This document shows, piece by piece, positions 31,381 through 40,291 of a DNA stretch of 64,000 nt. This DNA comes from Bacteriovoracaceae bacterium (GTDB lineage Bacteria > Bdellovibrionota > Bacteriovoracia > Bacteriovoracales > Bacteriovoracaceae): positions 100,605-164,604 of the forward strand of contig JBLWTJ010000004.1 of the NCBI GenBank assembly GCA_048270185.1, given 5' to 3'. The notes beneath the pieces are model-generated. The model made no database searches. It worked only from the letters and a program-made list of their open reading frames with translations, and was not told where the DNA came from. Made by a program: the position numbers and the translations under genes. Numbering within the stretch: position 1 is the first letter of the stretch; each line of letters opens with the position of its first letter.

Positions 31381-31650
31381 TTATTTCTCCCTCCTAATTA
31401 CTTTCCCAGTCTATTTCTCTTACTTCTGGCCAGTGTTCTAAACAAGTGACTATGTAAATAAGATTAATAAAAATTATTGTTAAGTAGTTGATGAGACATA
31501 AATAAATTTTAAATAGTGAAAAAGCTCAGATTTTTCATAAATGGAATGAATTATTTCAATCTGGGATGAATAGCGTGAAATATATCCAAATGTATCGACG
31601 TACCTAATATCTATATAGCTGAAATCACGAAAGGGTTGCGCGTACTTTTT

Positions 31651-32379
31651 CTAGAGTCTTCCAAGTAAATCATAAATTTTAAGCTTTAAGACATTGAGCA
31701 CTCCTTCAATATAAACAGAAGGACCTATTTTAGATTCACCGTGTATACGGTCAAAGAGTGTGATTGGTGTTTCTTTGATAACTAAACCCTTTTTCCAAGC
31801 GCGGTAATTAAGCTCTAATTGAAAGATATATCCGGTCGAAATTACTCGTGATAAATCGATCTTCTCAAGAGCAGCTCGTGAAAAACATTTAAGCCCAGCA
31901 GTCGGATCTGTTAGTGGGATTTGTGTAACCAATTTTACATAAGAAGATGCACTATAAGAAATTAGCTTTCTAAATAGTGACCAATTCTTAATTCGAGTAC
32001 CATCAAGATAGCGAGAGCCAATAACGACATCACTAACTTGTGCTAATTCTAACATCGTTGCTAACGTCTTTGGATCATGTGTGAAATCACAATCCATTTC
32101 AAAGACATAATCAAAACCATGGTCGATGGCCCACAGGAAACCATCAAGGTACGCACTCCCAAGTCCACGCTTATCTTTTCTAACCATGAGGCTTAGGTCA
32201 CAAAACTTCGACTGCAACTCTTTTACAATGTCAGCAGTTCCATCAGGTGAATTATCATCCACGATTAAAATATTCACATCGGAATAGAGCGAGTAAACAA
32301 GCTCTATCATTTCCTTAACATTCAATGCTTCATTAAATGTAGGAATGATGATTAATGTTTTAGACCAAGGTAAATTCAA
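31651..32379 (-). CDS. Polyprenol-monophosphomannose synthase-like GT2 (Ppm1/DPM1-like), copy 1
   Basis: Motifs IIIPTFNE, VDDNSPDGT, GLGSAY, MDCDFTHDP, IGSRY, GYIFQLE, GESK. Confidence 0.9.
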   Translation of the reverse strand: MNLPWSKTLIIIPTFNEALNVKEMIELVYSLYSDVNILIVDDNSPDGTADIVKELQSKFCDLSLMVRKDKRGLGSAYLDGFLWAIDHGFDYVFEMDCDFTHDPKTLATMLELAQVSDVVIGSRYLDGTRIKNWSLFRKLISYSASSYVKLVTQIPLTDPTAGLKCFSRAALEKIDLSRVISTGYIFQLELNYRAWKKGLVIKETPITLFDRIHGESKIGPSVYIEGVLNVLKLKIYDLLGRL

Positions 32380-32630
32380 TGTAATTTCTTTCTAAATTCA
32401 ATAACCAGTTCTAATCCACAGGCCTTTGCATATTTATTCAATGTTGAAAGCTTTAGATCAAGGCGATTTTCAATTTTAGAAACATCCGGCTGATCAATAC
32501 CAACGAGGTCAGTTTGTTTTAGCCCGTAAGATTTACGTAAGGCCTTTAGATCAATGTCATAGTAATCGTTCTTTTTGATGGCCGTCTTGGCATATTCAAA
32601 GAACTCGAGGTCTAAGTTATCATAACTCAT
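32376..32630 (-). CDS. Small XRE HTH protein (HigA-antitoxin-like)
   Basis: LKALRKSYGLKQTDL...QPDVSKIENRLDLKLSTLNKYAKACGLEL, GGGAGA RBS, 4-bp overlap with the downstream GT2. Confidence 0.85.
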   Translation of the reverse strand: MSYDNLDLEFFEYAKTAIKKNDYYDIDLKALRKSYGLKQTDLVGIDQPDVSKIENRLDLKLSTLNKYAKACGLELVIEFRKKLH

Positions 32631-32705
32631 TTAAGTTTCTCCCTGTTTCATCCGTAAAACAGATATATGAAATATAATTATATCATGGGCCGTAAAATTT
32701 GCGAG

Positions 32706-32898
32706 TATTCATTATAATGCATACGCAAAAACTCTGATATTCATTTGGGTGCATATTGAAAAGTTCCAATCATTAAATATGCACTCGAGTGCATAAGCTT
32801 CAAATATATTTGCATGATATTCACTTCAAGGAATATTTTGTTAAAAACGCTTAAAAATATTCACTTCATGGCATATAATTCATTCACTTAACTGCATA
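32706..32898. repeat. Array of six 18-bp pseudo-palindromic boxes TAT(T/G)CA-N6-(T/G)G(C/A)ATA, four of them at an exact 40-bp period; putative operator array
   Basis: 32706 tattcattataatgcata; 32738 tattcatttgggtgcata; 32778 tatgcactcgagtgcata (perfect palindrome); 32818 tattcacttcaaggaata; 32858 tattcacttcatggcata; 32881 cattcacttaactgcata. Confidence 0.8.
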
Positions 32899-32915
32899 TT
32901 TAATTAAAAGAAGTA

Positions 32916-34103
32916 ATGATTATGATCCAAAATCACCGTTTTAAGATTTCTCTCCTTTTTTCAGGACTTATTGTCGCTATCCTAATGGTCCAATTTCACT
33001 ATGTTGCAAGAGAAACTGATTCAAGACTTTATACAAGATTCGTAAAGCAATTATCGACAAAACCGCTAGGTGAATTTGTTGCGCCGAGATGGGCCGGCAT
33101 GAGTACTTTTGCAGAAAAGGAAACTCCATTTGTACGTGATCACTTACCTGGCCAATATTTCTTACCAGTACTTCTAACTAAGATCGGTGTACCAGCGAGT
33201 CATGCTCACTATATTGTTAATACATTTGTAAGGCTTATTATCTTATATCTATTTTTTAAACTCACCCTGCTACTACTGCCATTGAATCAAGCAATCCTTG
33301 TTCCTCTTTGCGTACAGTTGATGCCAATTAACTTCACATATCAATTGAGATCAAATCATGAATATCCAATGCTCATGTTTTCGCTCATTGGAATTTGGGG
33401 ACTTACTTTCTTTAACAAAGATAGAAGAAAATCATATCTAATGATCGCACTTGCTGTTCTTGGATCTTACTATATTAAAGGTCTAGCGATGGTGCCTCTA
33501 ATTCCGCTTTTTTGGATCGCTATGATTATTCAAACAAAGAAAGACGAATGGCCAAAGCTAACCGTTATCTACACGGGGATTGTCTTACTTATTCCTTTAA
33601 CAAGTGTATTCTTTGAGTTCTATTTTAGATCTGTGACAGGTGTTCCATTCTTTAAAAAATATTTTGAAGTTCAAATTTATAAGAGATCAATTGAAGCATC
33701 TAGTTCTGCATTTAATATTATTAAGAAGTTTCAAAACTTCTGGTATTACTTTAGTAGAACGTTAAGTTACACGCTTCCATTCTCACTTGCTGGAATTATT
33801 TTTGCGATTAAGAATCGTACAAAACTAAAAGAGTTTGTTTCTACTCCAGTTGTTCAAGGACTGTTGCTTTTAACATTCATAAATGTTGCTTTCTTTTCAA
33901 TGTCTGATCGAACGGCAAGTCGATACATCTTTTCAAGCTACTATAGTTTTGCTGCTCTTTCGATCATAATGGTACTTAAGTATACAAAGCTATCAATCAA
34001 GAAGATCAATCTTGGTTATGTACTAGTATGTTTAGTTTTTGTAGGCTTATCTTTTGCGAGTATTTATACATCACAAGATAATGTTTTAAAGTATCCTAAC
34101 TAA
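32916..34103 (+). CDS. GT-C fold (ArnT/PMT-like) polytopic glycosyltransferase
   Basis: N-terminal TM followed by ETDSRLY (acidic loop), DHLPG, ~10 TMs, KG..MVP, and RY near the C-terminus. Flanked by polyprenol-P-sugar synthases. Confidence 0.7.
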   Translation: MIMIQNHRFKISLLFSGLIVAILMVQFHYVARETDSRLYTRFVKQLSTKPLGEFVAPRWAGMSTFAEKETPFVRDHLPGQYFLPVLLTKIGVPASHAHYIVNTFVRLIILYLFFKLTLLLLPLNQAILVPLCVQLMPINFTYQLRSNHEYPMLMFSLIGIWGLTFFNKDRRKSYLMIALAVLGSYYIKGLAMVPLIPLFWIAMIIQTKKDEWPKLTVIYTGIVLLIPLTSVFFEFYFRSVTGVPFFKKYFEVQIYKRSIEASSSAFNIIKKFQNFWYYFSRTLSYTLPFSLAGIIFAIKNRTKLKEFVSTPVVQGLLLLTFINVAFFSMSDRTASRYIFSSYYSFAALSIIMVLKYTKLSIKKINLGYVLVCLVFVGLSFASIYTSQDNVLKYPN

Positions 34104-34843
34104 GCGTTAAGGCGACCAAAAACTTTTAGAACTCGAAGCTTTAGAACATTAAATAAAGCTTCAAAGATAATTCCGCCCCCCATCTTTGATTGACCATCAC
34201 GTCTTTCATAGAAGATGATTGGAACTTCTTTTACTTTAAGTCCTGCGTCCCAAACTTTGTAATTAAGTTCGAGTTGGAAGATGTAACCACTAGAGATAAT
34301 CTTATTAAGGTTTAAAGTTTCAAGTGCTTTTCGTGTAAAACATTTAAAGCCACCCGTTGTATCGAGAACAGGAATTCCTGTAACAAAACGTGTATAGATT
34401 GAAGCGCAGTATGATAGAAGTAGTCTTCTAAATGGCCAATTGATAATTCTTATTCCATCGATATATCGAGAACCAATAACTAGATCATTTTCTTGAGCTG
34501 CTGCTAATAAATCTTTTACAGAGTCAGGATCGTGCGAGAAGTCGCAATCCATTTCAAAAACAAAATCATAGCCATTTTCAAGGGCCCACTTAAATCCAGT
34601 GATATAAGCAGTTCCAAGTCCTAACTTTCCAGTTCTTTCGATTATGTGAAGTTGATCGTTTGTTTCCATCTTGCGCTTAACAACATCCGCAGTTCCATCA
34701 GGTGAACCATCTTCAATAATGAGTAATGACACACTAGGATATTTTGTAAAAATCGTATCGATCATACGCTCGATATTATCGATTTCATTAAAAGTTGGGA
34801 TGATGATTAGGGTTTTTTGCCATGGTAGCGTTTCGATATTCAC
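34100..34843 (-). CDS. Polyprenol-monophosphomannose synthase-like GT2 (Ppm1/DPM1-like), copy 2
   Basis: Motifs IIIPTFNE, EDGSPDGT, KLGLGTAY, MDCDFSHDP, TGGFKCF, SSGYIFQLE, GQSKM. Confidence 0.92.
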   Translation of the reverse strand: MNIETLPWQKTLIIIPTFNEIDNIERMIDTIFTKYPSVSLLIIEDGSPDGTADVVKRKMETNDQLHIIERTGKLGLGTAYITGFKWALENGYDFVFEMDCDFSHDPDSVKDLLAAAQENDLVIGSRYIDGIRIINWPFRRLLLSYCASIYTRFVTGIPVLDTTGGFKCFTRKALETLNLNKIISSGYIFQLELNYKVWDAGLKVKEVPIIFYERRDGQSKMGGGIIFEALFNVLKLRVLKVFGRLNA

Positions 34844-34937
34844 ATTTACTCCTGATAGGCTAATAACTTAACGATTATTACACGGTTTTTCTATTGAAAT
34901 TATTCCACCTTTAGCTTCAATATGGCATAATCTAGCG

Positions 34938-35726
34938 ATGTCACTAGAATCAACAAATATATTCAATAACTTAAGTGTTATTATCTTATCTTCAAATAAC
35001 GAAGGCACAATCGAGCGCACGCTTGAAAGTGTAAAAGACTTTAAGAAGATAATTTTAATTGATGACTACAGTAGTGACGCAACTCTAGATATTGCAAAAC
35101 GATATGAAAACCTAGAGGTTGTACAAAATAAGTTTGAAGGATTTACGGCCCAAAGAAATTTTGGGCTATCTGTTTGTGAAAGTGAATGGTGTTTCTTCAT
35201 CGATTCAGACGAAGCCGTTACGGCCGAACTTATTGATCACCTCAAAAAGCTTGATGTAGAAAACAATATTGATTCGATAAGAGTTTATCGTACAGAATAT
35301 TTAGACGGAAAAGAAATTTCACATGGCCAAGGGCACTCTTCATATCAGAAGAGGATTCATCGCACTAAAAATGTTACTTACAAAGGTGAAGTTCATGAGT
35401 GGCCAGAGTTCAGTGGTCAAGATCGACTCATTCCAAAAGACTTTAGACTCCTTCACTACCCTGACCGTGATCTTCATTCAATTGTTACGAAAGTTCACAA
35501 GTACGCAAAGCTTAGAGGCGATATTTTAATAAATAAGAACAGTCGTACGAATATATTCAAAATTGTCCTACTTCTAAACTGGCATACATTTAGATTACTA
35601 CTTGCAAGTATCGGTACAGGCTGGCGTGGAAATATTGAAGTTATGATGAGTGTTGCTGAACGCCTAATCGCAAACCTCTATCTCTATGAAGATCAGAAAT
35701 TAAAGAAAGAAAAAAGAAATGATTAA
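34938..35726 (+). CDS. GT2 glycosyltransferase (WaaE/KdtX beta-glucosyltransferase-like)
   Basis: Motifs IDDYSSDAT, GFTAQRNFG, WCFFIDSDE, VHE, LLHY. Confidence 0.88.
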   Translation: MSLESTNIFNNLSVIILSSNNEGTIERTLESVKDFKKIILIDDYSSDATLDIAKRYENLEVVQNKFEGFTAQRNFGLSVCESEWCFFIDSDEAVTAELIDHLKKLDVENNIDSIRVYRTEYLDGKEISHGQGHSSYQKRIHRTKNVTYKGEVHEWPEFSGQDRLIPKDFRLLHYPDRDLHSIVTKVHKYAKLRGDILINKNSRTNIFKIVLLLNWHTFRLLLASIGTGWRGNIEVMMSVAERLIANLYLYEDQKLKKEKRND

Positions 35727-36939
35727 TTTAAAAGATTATATAAAGAACCCTATAGAACTTGAGTACTTCGAAGGTCTACTTTCTCAGTTAAATGAGAAAT
35801 CAGAGCAATTAACTATTGCGACAACAGAAAAAGACACAGGGGTTTATCCTACAGCCATTGCTCCAAGAGAGCTTATGAGACGTGAATTACCATTTCACTC
35901 ATATGAAGACATCAAACAACGATATTCAACGAAAGAAGTTGTCGACTGTACTCTTTGGCTTCGTAAAATGCACGGAGGACTTGGATCAAGTCTTGATCGT
36001 AGTGATTATTTAAAAAAATATGGAAGAACTACACCAGGTTCTAAATCTACAGATCTCTATATTGAAACAGAAGAATTTGGCGACATTTCACTAGCAGAAG
36101 CACAAATCATTCAAGCTTCAAAAAAAACAAGCTCTTTTAAAAGAGTGGTCCTACAGGACCTCGTTAATAATGATGTAAAACCAATTTTAGATAAGATGTG
36201 GGAAAAGCATTCAAATTTATTAAATGAAAATTTCTCACGCCTAGAATCAGTTATTCAACAAAAGCTTCCAACGATTAAAAATGGTGAGCTTACAGATGAA
36301 AGACTAGCTCCTGCTGGACATGGTTTCTTTGGTTATGAAGTCTTTAAAGGACCAAGGCCAGAGGGCGAAAACTTAATTGCGTGTATCGGAAATGGTGAAG
36401 ATTTAAGCTCAACTCCAGATCGTGCTATTGTGAACTGGATGCTGACTGAAAATATTCCTGTTGTGATGGTGACTACGACAAAAACCAAAAGAGATATGAA
36501 AGGTGGCCAAATTGCCCTTAAAGTCGAAGGAGACAAGACTTTCCTAACAATTGTCGAAAAGGCCCAAGCAGAGCAAGCAGGACAACTGGAGTATTTTGAA
36601 CATCTTGGTTTACGTGAAGATGATGAGGATGCGTTTTTTAATACGAATTTAGTTCTTATTAACTTTAATGCTGTTCAACATGCCGAGATTGCCCTGCCTG
36701 ATTTGATCAAGAATCAAAAAGGTGAATTTATGCAACTTGAGGGAGCTATGGGGTCTGTGCTTTTGAACTCGGATCGGCTTTCTAGAATAAAAAATAAGAA
36801 GTTAGTTCATATTTTAAATGTTAACAAGGAGAATCGTTTGAAGTTCTTTAACCCTATAAAGAATATCGACGACTTTGATCATATAAAAAAGAATCAGGAA
36901 GTTGATGAAGAAATTTTTCACTTGAAAAAAAATACATGA
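35719..36939 (+). CDS. UTP--glucose-1-phosphate uridylyltransferase, eukaryotic-type UDPGP family
   Basis: Motifs KMHGGLGSS, PAGHG, GNGEDL, TKTKRDMKGG, FFNTN, QLEGAMG, FFNPIK follow the eukaryotic UGPase motif order. Confidence 0.82.
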   Translation: MINLKDYIKNPIELEYFEGLLSQLNEKSEQLTIATTEKDTGVYPTAIAPRELMRRELPFHSYEDIKQRYSTKEVVDCTLWLRKMHGGLGSSLDRSDYLKKYGRTTPGSKSTDLYIETEEFGDISLAEAQIIQASKKTSSFKRVVLQDLVNNDVKPILDKMWEKHSNLLNENFSRLESVIQQKLPTIKNGELTDERLAPAGHGFFGYEVFKGPRPEGENLIACIGNGEDLSSTPDRAIVNWMLTENIPVVMVTTTKTKRDMKGGQIALKVEGDKTFLTIVEKAQAEQAGQLEYFEHLGLREDDEDAFFNTNLVLINFNAVQHAEIALPDLIKNQKGEFMQLEGAMGSVLLNSDRLSRIKNKKLVHILNVNKENRLKFFNPIKNIDDFDHIKKNQEVDEEIFHLKKNT

Positions 36940-37910
36940 GAAAGTTATTTAATATACTAAAGAAAAATATTCTTCTAATAAAACTCGTTTTCGTTTTAAC
37001 TATATTTTATTATATATTTTCAAAAGATTTAGTAGATCTCATTTTAGTAAAAAAAGGGCTCTCAAACCCCAAGCTTATTATCTTATTCTTAATGTTAACT
37101 TTTTTACAACAACTAGTTGGCTCTGCAAGAACTAAATCGCTACTATTCTTCAATAAAAGAAATGAGCTTAACTTATTTAAGATCAATAACATTACCTGGG
37201 CATCTACTTTTTTAAATTGCATTCTACCTACAAGTATTGCCGGAGAAGTATATAAAATTAAAATGATAATTAATAACAGCAAAAATGAAACAAAAGATAA
37301 TGTTGTATACACTTCAATCATTTCAAAAATTCTTACTATAATTGCACTAGTATTAATAACCATGCTTGCATCGTTTACTATCAATAAAGAAGTACTAAAA
37401 GATAATAACCTCTTATACTTGGTGATAATATTTTGTGGTTTTCTCTCATTAGCTTTCACATATCGTATTAAAATCTATAAAATCCTCATTCTTATTTATA
37501 AAAAGATGAACTTTCAAAAAGAATTCATAAATAATAGAGCTTTACATTTTCATAACTATTATAGCTTACTATTCCTCAAACCTAAATTAATTGTAAAACC
37601 TCTTATACACAGTACTATACTCCAACTACTAAATGTTCTTTCAATATTATTAATTGTATTCTTTACTAAAGAGATTACATTTGAATCACTTTTGAAACTT
37701 TCTCAAGTCATACCATTGGGAATCTTTGCTTCAATCATACCTATTTCTTATCAAGGACTAGGTACAGGAAACTATGCCTTCAATGAATTGTTCAAATTAG
37801 TAGGTATCGAAAATGGTTCAGATATTTTCACAATTTATTTTTCACTATCTTATATTTTTAATTTGCTGGGAATCATTCCCTTCACACTCTATACATTGAG
37901 AAGTAAATGA
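36936..37910 (+). CDS. Lysylphosphatidylglycerol-synthase TM domain / flippase-like membrane protein
   Basis: Motifs FLNCILPTSIAGEVYK and IPISYQGLG, ~8 TM. Confidence 0.8.
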   Translation: MRKLFNILKKNILLIKLVFVLTIFYYIFSKDLVDLILVKKGLSNPKLIILFLMLTFLQQLVGSARTKSLLFFNKRNELNLFKINNITWASTFLNCILPTSIAGEVYKIKMIINNSKNETKDNVVYTSIISKILTIIALVLITMLASFTINKEVLKDNNLLYLVIIFCGFLSLAFTYRIKIYKILILIYKKMNFQKEFINNRALHFHNYYSLLFLKPKLIVKPLIHSTILQLLNVLSILLIVFFTKEITFESLLKLSQVIPLGIFASIIPISYQGLGTGNYAFNELFKLVGIENGSDIFTIYFSLSYIFNLLGIIPFTLYTLRSK

Positions 37911-39316
37911 AATTATTGAATATAATTATACTTACTGTAGTTTCCTTAATAACTCTATACACATCTACGCTTTACTCCGGAAGCAAATTAATATTTATAG
38001 GCTTCTCAGTCATAATTAATTATTCTGTTCACTATGCCATAAGGAATAAACAAAATTTTTTCCATACTTTTCTATTCACATTTCTATGGCTTGGCTTTTG
38101 GTTTAAATTAGTTATTAGCTTAAATTTTTACAATGGAAAATTCTTTGATTATACCGGAGGATTTAATTACTCCCCTGAATCGTATGACCTCTTACTCACC
38201 TTAACTTCAATCGCAATAATAGGCTTTCTTGCCCCAATATACATTCTCAATGATAAGTATAAAGAATATCAAAACATAAAATCTTTAAAATCTAATATAT
38301 CTTTCTATTCGAAATATCGTATTCATACATGGATTCTATTCTCAACATTTGTTTTAATATACTCAGGTATAAATTATTATTTCGGTATTTACCAAAGAGG
38401 ACGCCCCCCTCAAACTGATTTACCAATATATATCTCTGGAATAATTCGATGGTTATTACTATTCGGAGGCGCAAGTATTGCCACCCTAATACTAAGATAT
38501 GAGTACCTAAGATATAAAATAATTAGCATTATTCCTTTTTTCCTACTTATTTTCGAAACCTATTCAAGTTCAATGTCCATACTAAGCCGTGGTATGATTT
38601 TTCCACTATTGAGCATTCTTTACGGCTGCATTGTATATGAAGAAAAAATGAGACAAAATGCAACAAGTATCAAGATAAAAGCGCTTGTTCTATCTATCGG
38701 AGTAATTTTATTTATATCTACACTAAAGTTTGTAAATTATAATAGAGCCGTTCTCTTCAATAAAGATAGAGGTGAAAATATCACAATACCACAAAACACT
38801 GGTACACGCTTTATAGGTATTGCCGTTACTAGATGGGTTGGGATTGAAGGACTTGCCGCAGTTATCGGAAAAAAAGAAGAATTAGGAAGTAGCTTACTAT
38901 CAAAGGCGCTCAATGAAAAGCCCACTCATGGAACATCATTCTATGATAGAGAGATTATTAACTCTATTTATAACGACAAAAGATTGTCTAATAACAACTT
39001 CATAACGATCCAAGGCATGATAAGTTTTCTTTATTATAGCGGCTCTAAAACCTTTCTCTTCTGTTTTTGTTTTTTAATAGGGTTAGTTTGTAGAGTTTTT
39101 GAATTAATCACTTTAAAAGCATCAAAAGGTAATCTGATATTCACCTCATTGATAGCATATGTACTTGCTTTCAGGGTCATACATTTTGGATATATTCCAT
39201 CGCAAAGCTATATGCTACTATCTGCAATCATATTCAATATTACGTTATTCTATTTAATAGAATCAGAATACCCTAAAAATTTAGTTAACTTCTTTAAGCG
39301 TAGTCAAAAGATTTAA
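37907..39316 (+). CDS. Polytopic membrane protein, probable Wzy-type polysaccharide polymerase
   Basis: ~11 TM with an LSRG motif followed by a large loop; located in the glycan cluster. The Wzy call is an inference. Confidence 0.55.
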   Translation: MKLLNIIILTVVSLITLYTSTLYSGSKLIFIGFSVIINYSVHYAIRNKQNFFHTFLFTFLWLGFWFKLVISLNFYNGKFFDYTGGFNYSPESYDLLLTLTSIAIIGFLAPIYILNDKYKEYQNIKSLKSNISFYSKYRIHTWILFSTFVLIYSGINYYFGIYQRGRPPQTDLPIYISGIIRWLLLFGGASIATLILRYEYLRYKIISIIPFFLLIFETYSSSMSILSRGMIFPLLSILYGCIVYEEKMRQNATSIKIKALVLSIGVILFISTLKFVNYNRAVLFNKDRGENITIPQNTGTRFIGIAVTRWVGIEGLAAVIGKKEELGSSLLSKALNEKPTHGTSFYDREIINSIYNDKRLSNNNFITIQGMISFLYYSGSKTFLFCFCFLIGLVCRVFELITLKASKGNLIFTSLIAYVLAFRVIHFGYIPSQSYMLLSAIIFNITLFYLIESEYPKNLVNFFKRSQKI

Positions 39317-40282
39317 CATTTCATCCTCATTCAAACGATGCGTATTATGAGAGTTATATTCACCGGCTTGGGTAATAACCTCTTCACCATCTTCAAAGAA
39401 ACGATCATAATTAAGGTCACGATTATCACTAATTATCTGATAATAATCACCAAGATCACGTGCCTTTACCATCTCTTCACGTGTAAGAAGAGTTTCGTAT
39501 AGCTTCTCACCATGACGAGTTCCGATAACTTTGACTTCAGTAGCAGGTGATTTTTTAAATCGTTTAATTGCATTTGCCAGGTTTTCAATTGTTGAAGCAG
39601 GTGATTTTTGAACGAAAATGTCTCCATTTTCACCGTTTTTAAATGCAAAAATTACTAACTCGACAGCATCTTCGAGTGACATCATAAAACGAGTCATATT
39701 TGGATCTGTTATTGTGATTGGCCTGCCATTTTCAATTTGTTCAATAAATAGTGGAATAACGGAACCACGAGAGGCCATAACATTTCCATAGCGTGTCCCA
39801 CAGATAATTGTCTCGTGTGTATCAGCAATACTACGTGCTTTTGCAACAAAAACTTTTTCCATAAGCGCCTTACTCATACCCATTGCGTTGATTGGATAAA
39901 CGGCCTTATCAGTACTTAAACAAATAACTTTCTTCACTCTACAATTAATTGCAGCATCAAGAACATTCTCCGTTCCAAAAATGTTCGTCTTAACAGCTTG
40001 AAGTGGATAAAACTCACATGAAGGAACTTGTTTAAGTGCAGCTGCATGAAAGACGTAATCCACACCATGCATTGCTGTTAGAACACTGTTATAATCCCTA
40101 ACATCTCCTATATAGAATTTAATTTTAGGATTATTATACTTCTTTCTCATATCATCTTGTTTCTTCTCATCACGAGAAAAGATTCTAATTTCAGAAAGTC
40201 CTGAATCTAAGAATCTGTCTAAGACTGCATTACCAAAAGAACCTGTACCACCTGTAATTAATAATTTTTTATTATCAAACAT
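39281..40282 (-). CDS. fnlA: UDP-GlcNAc 4,6-dehydratase/5-epimerase (FnlA/WbjB/CapE)
   Basis: Motifs TGGTGSFG, FSRDEKKQDDMR, HAAALKQVPSCEF, STDKAVYPINAMG, RYGNVMASRGSVIP, GTRHGEKLYE. Confidence 0.93.
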   Translation of the reverse strand: MFDNKKLLITGGTGSFGNAVLDRFLDSGLSEIRIFSRDEKKQDDMRKKYNNPKIKFYIGDVRDYNSVLTAMHGVDYVFHAAALKQVPSCEFYPLQAVKTNIFGTENVLDAAINCRVKKVICLSTDKAVYPINAMGMSKALMEKVFVAKARSIADTHETIICGTRYGNVMASRGSVIPLFIEQIENGRPITITDPNMTRFMMSLEDAVELVIFAFKNGENGDIFVQKSPASTIENLANAIKRFKKSPATEVKVIGTRHGEKLYETLLTREEMVKARDLGDYYQIISDNRDLNYDRFFEDGEEVITQAGEYNSHNTHRLNEDEMLNLLTTLKEVN

Positions 40283-40291
40283 ATATCCCTC

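Noticed and set aside
32706..32898. CRISPR array interpretation of the 40-bp periodic repeats
   Set aside because: The repeats are only ~20 bp with variable centres, the spacers are 20 bp, and there are no cas genes in the window. Protein-binding boxes fit better.
34923..34936. Sigma-54 promoter TGGCATAATCTAGC
   Set aside because: The GG-to-GC spacing is 9 rather than 10 nt, and the site abuts the start codon.
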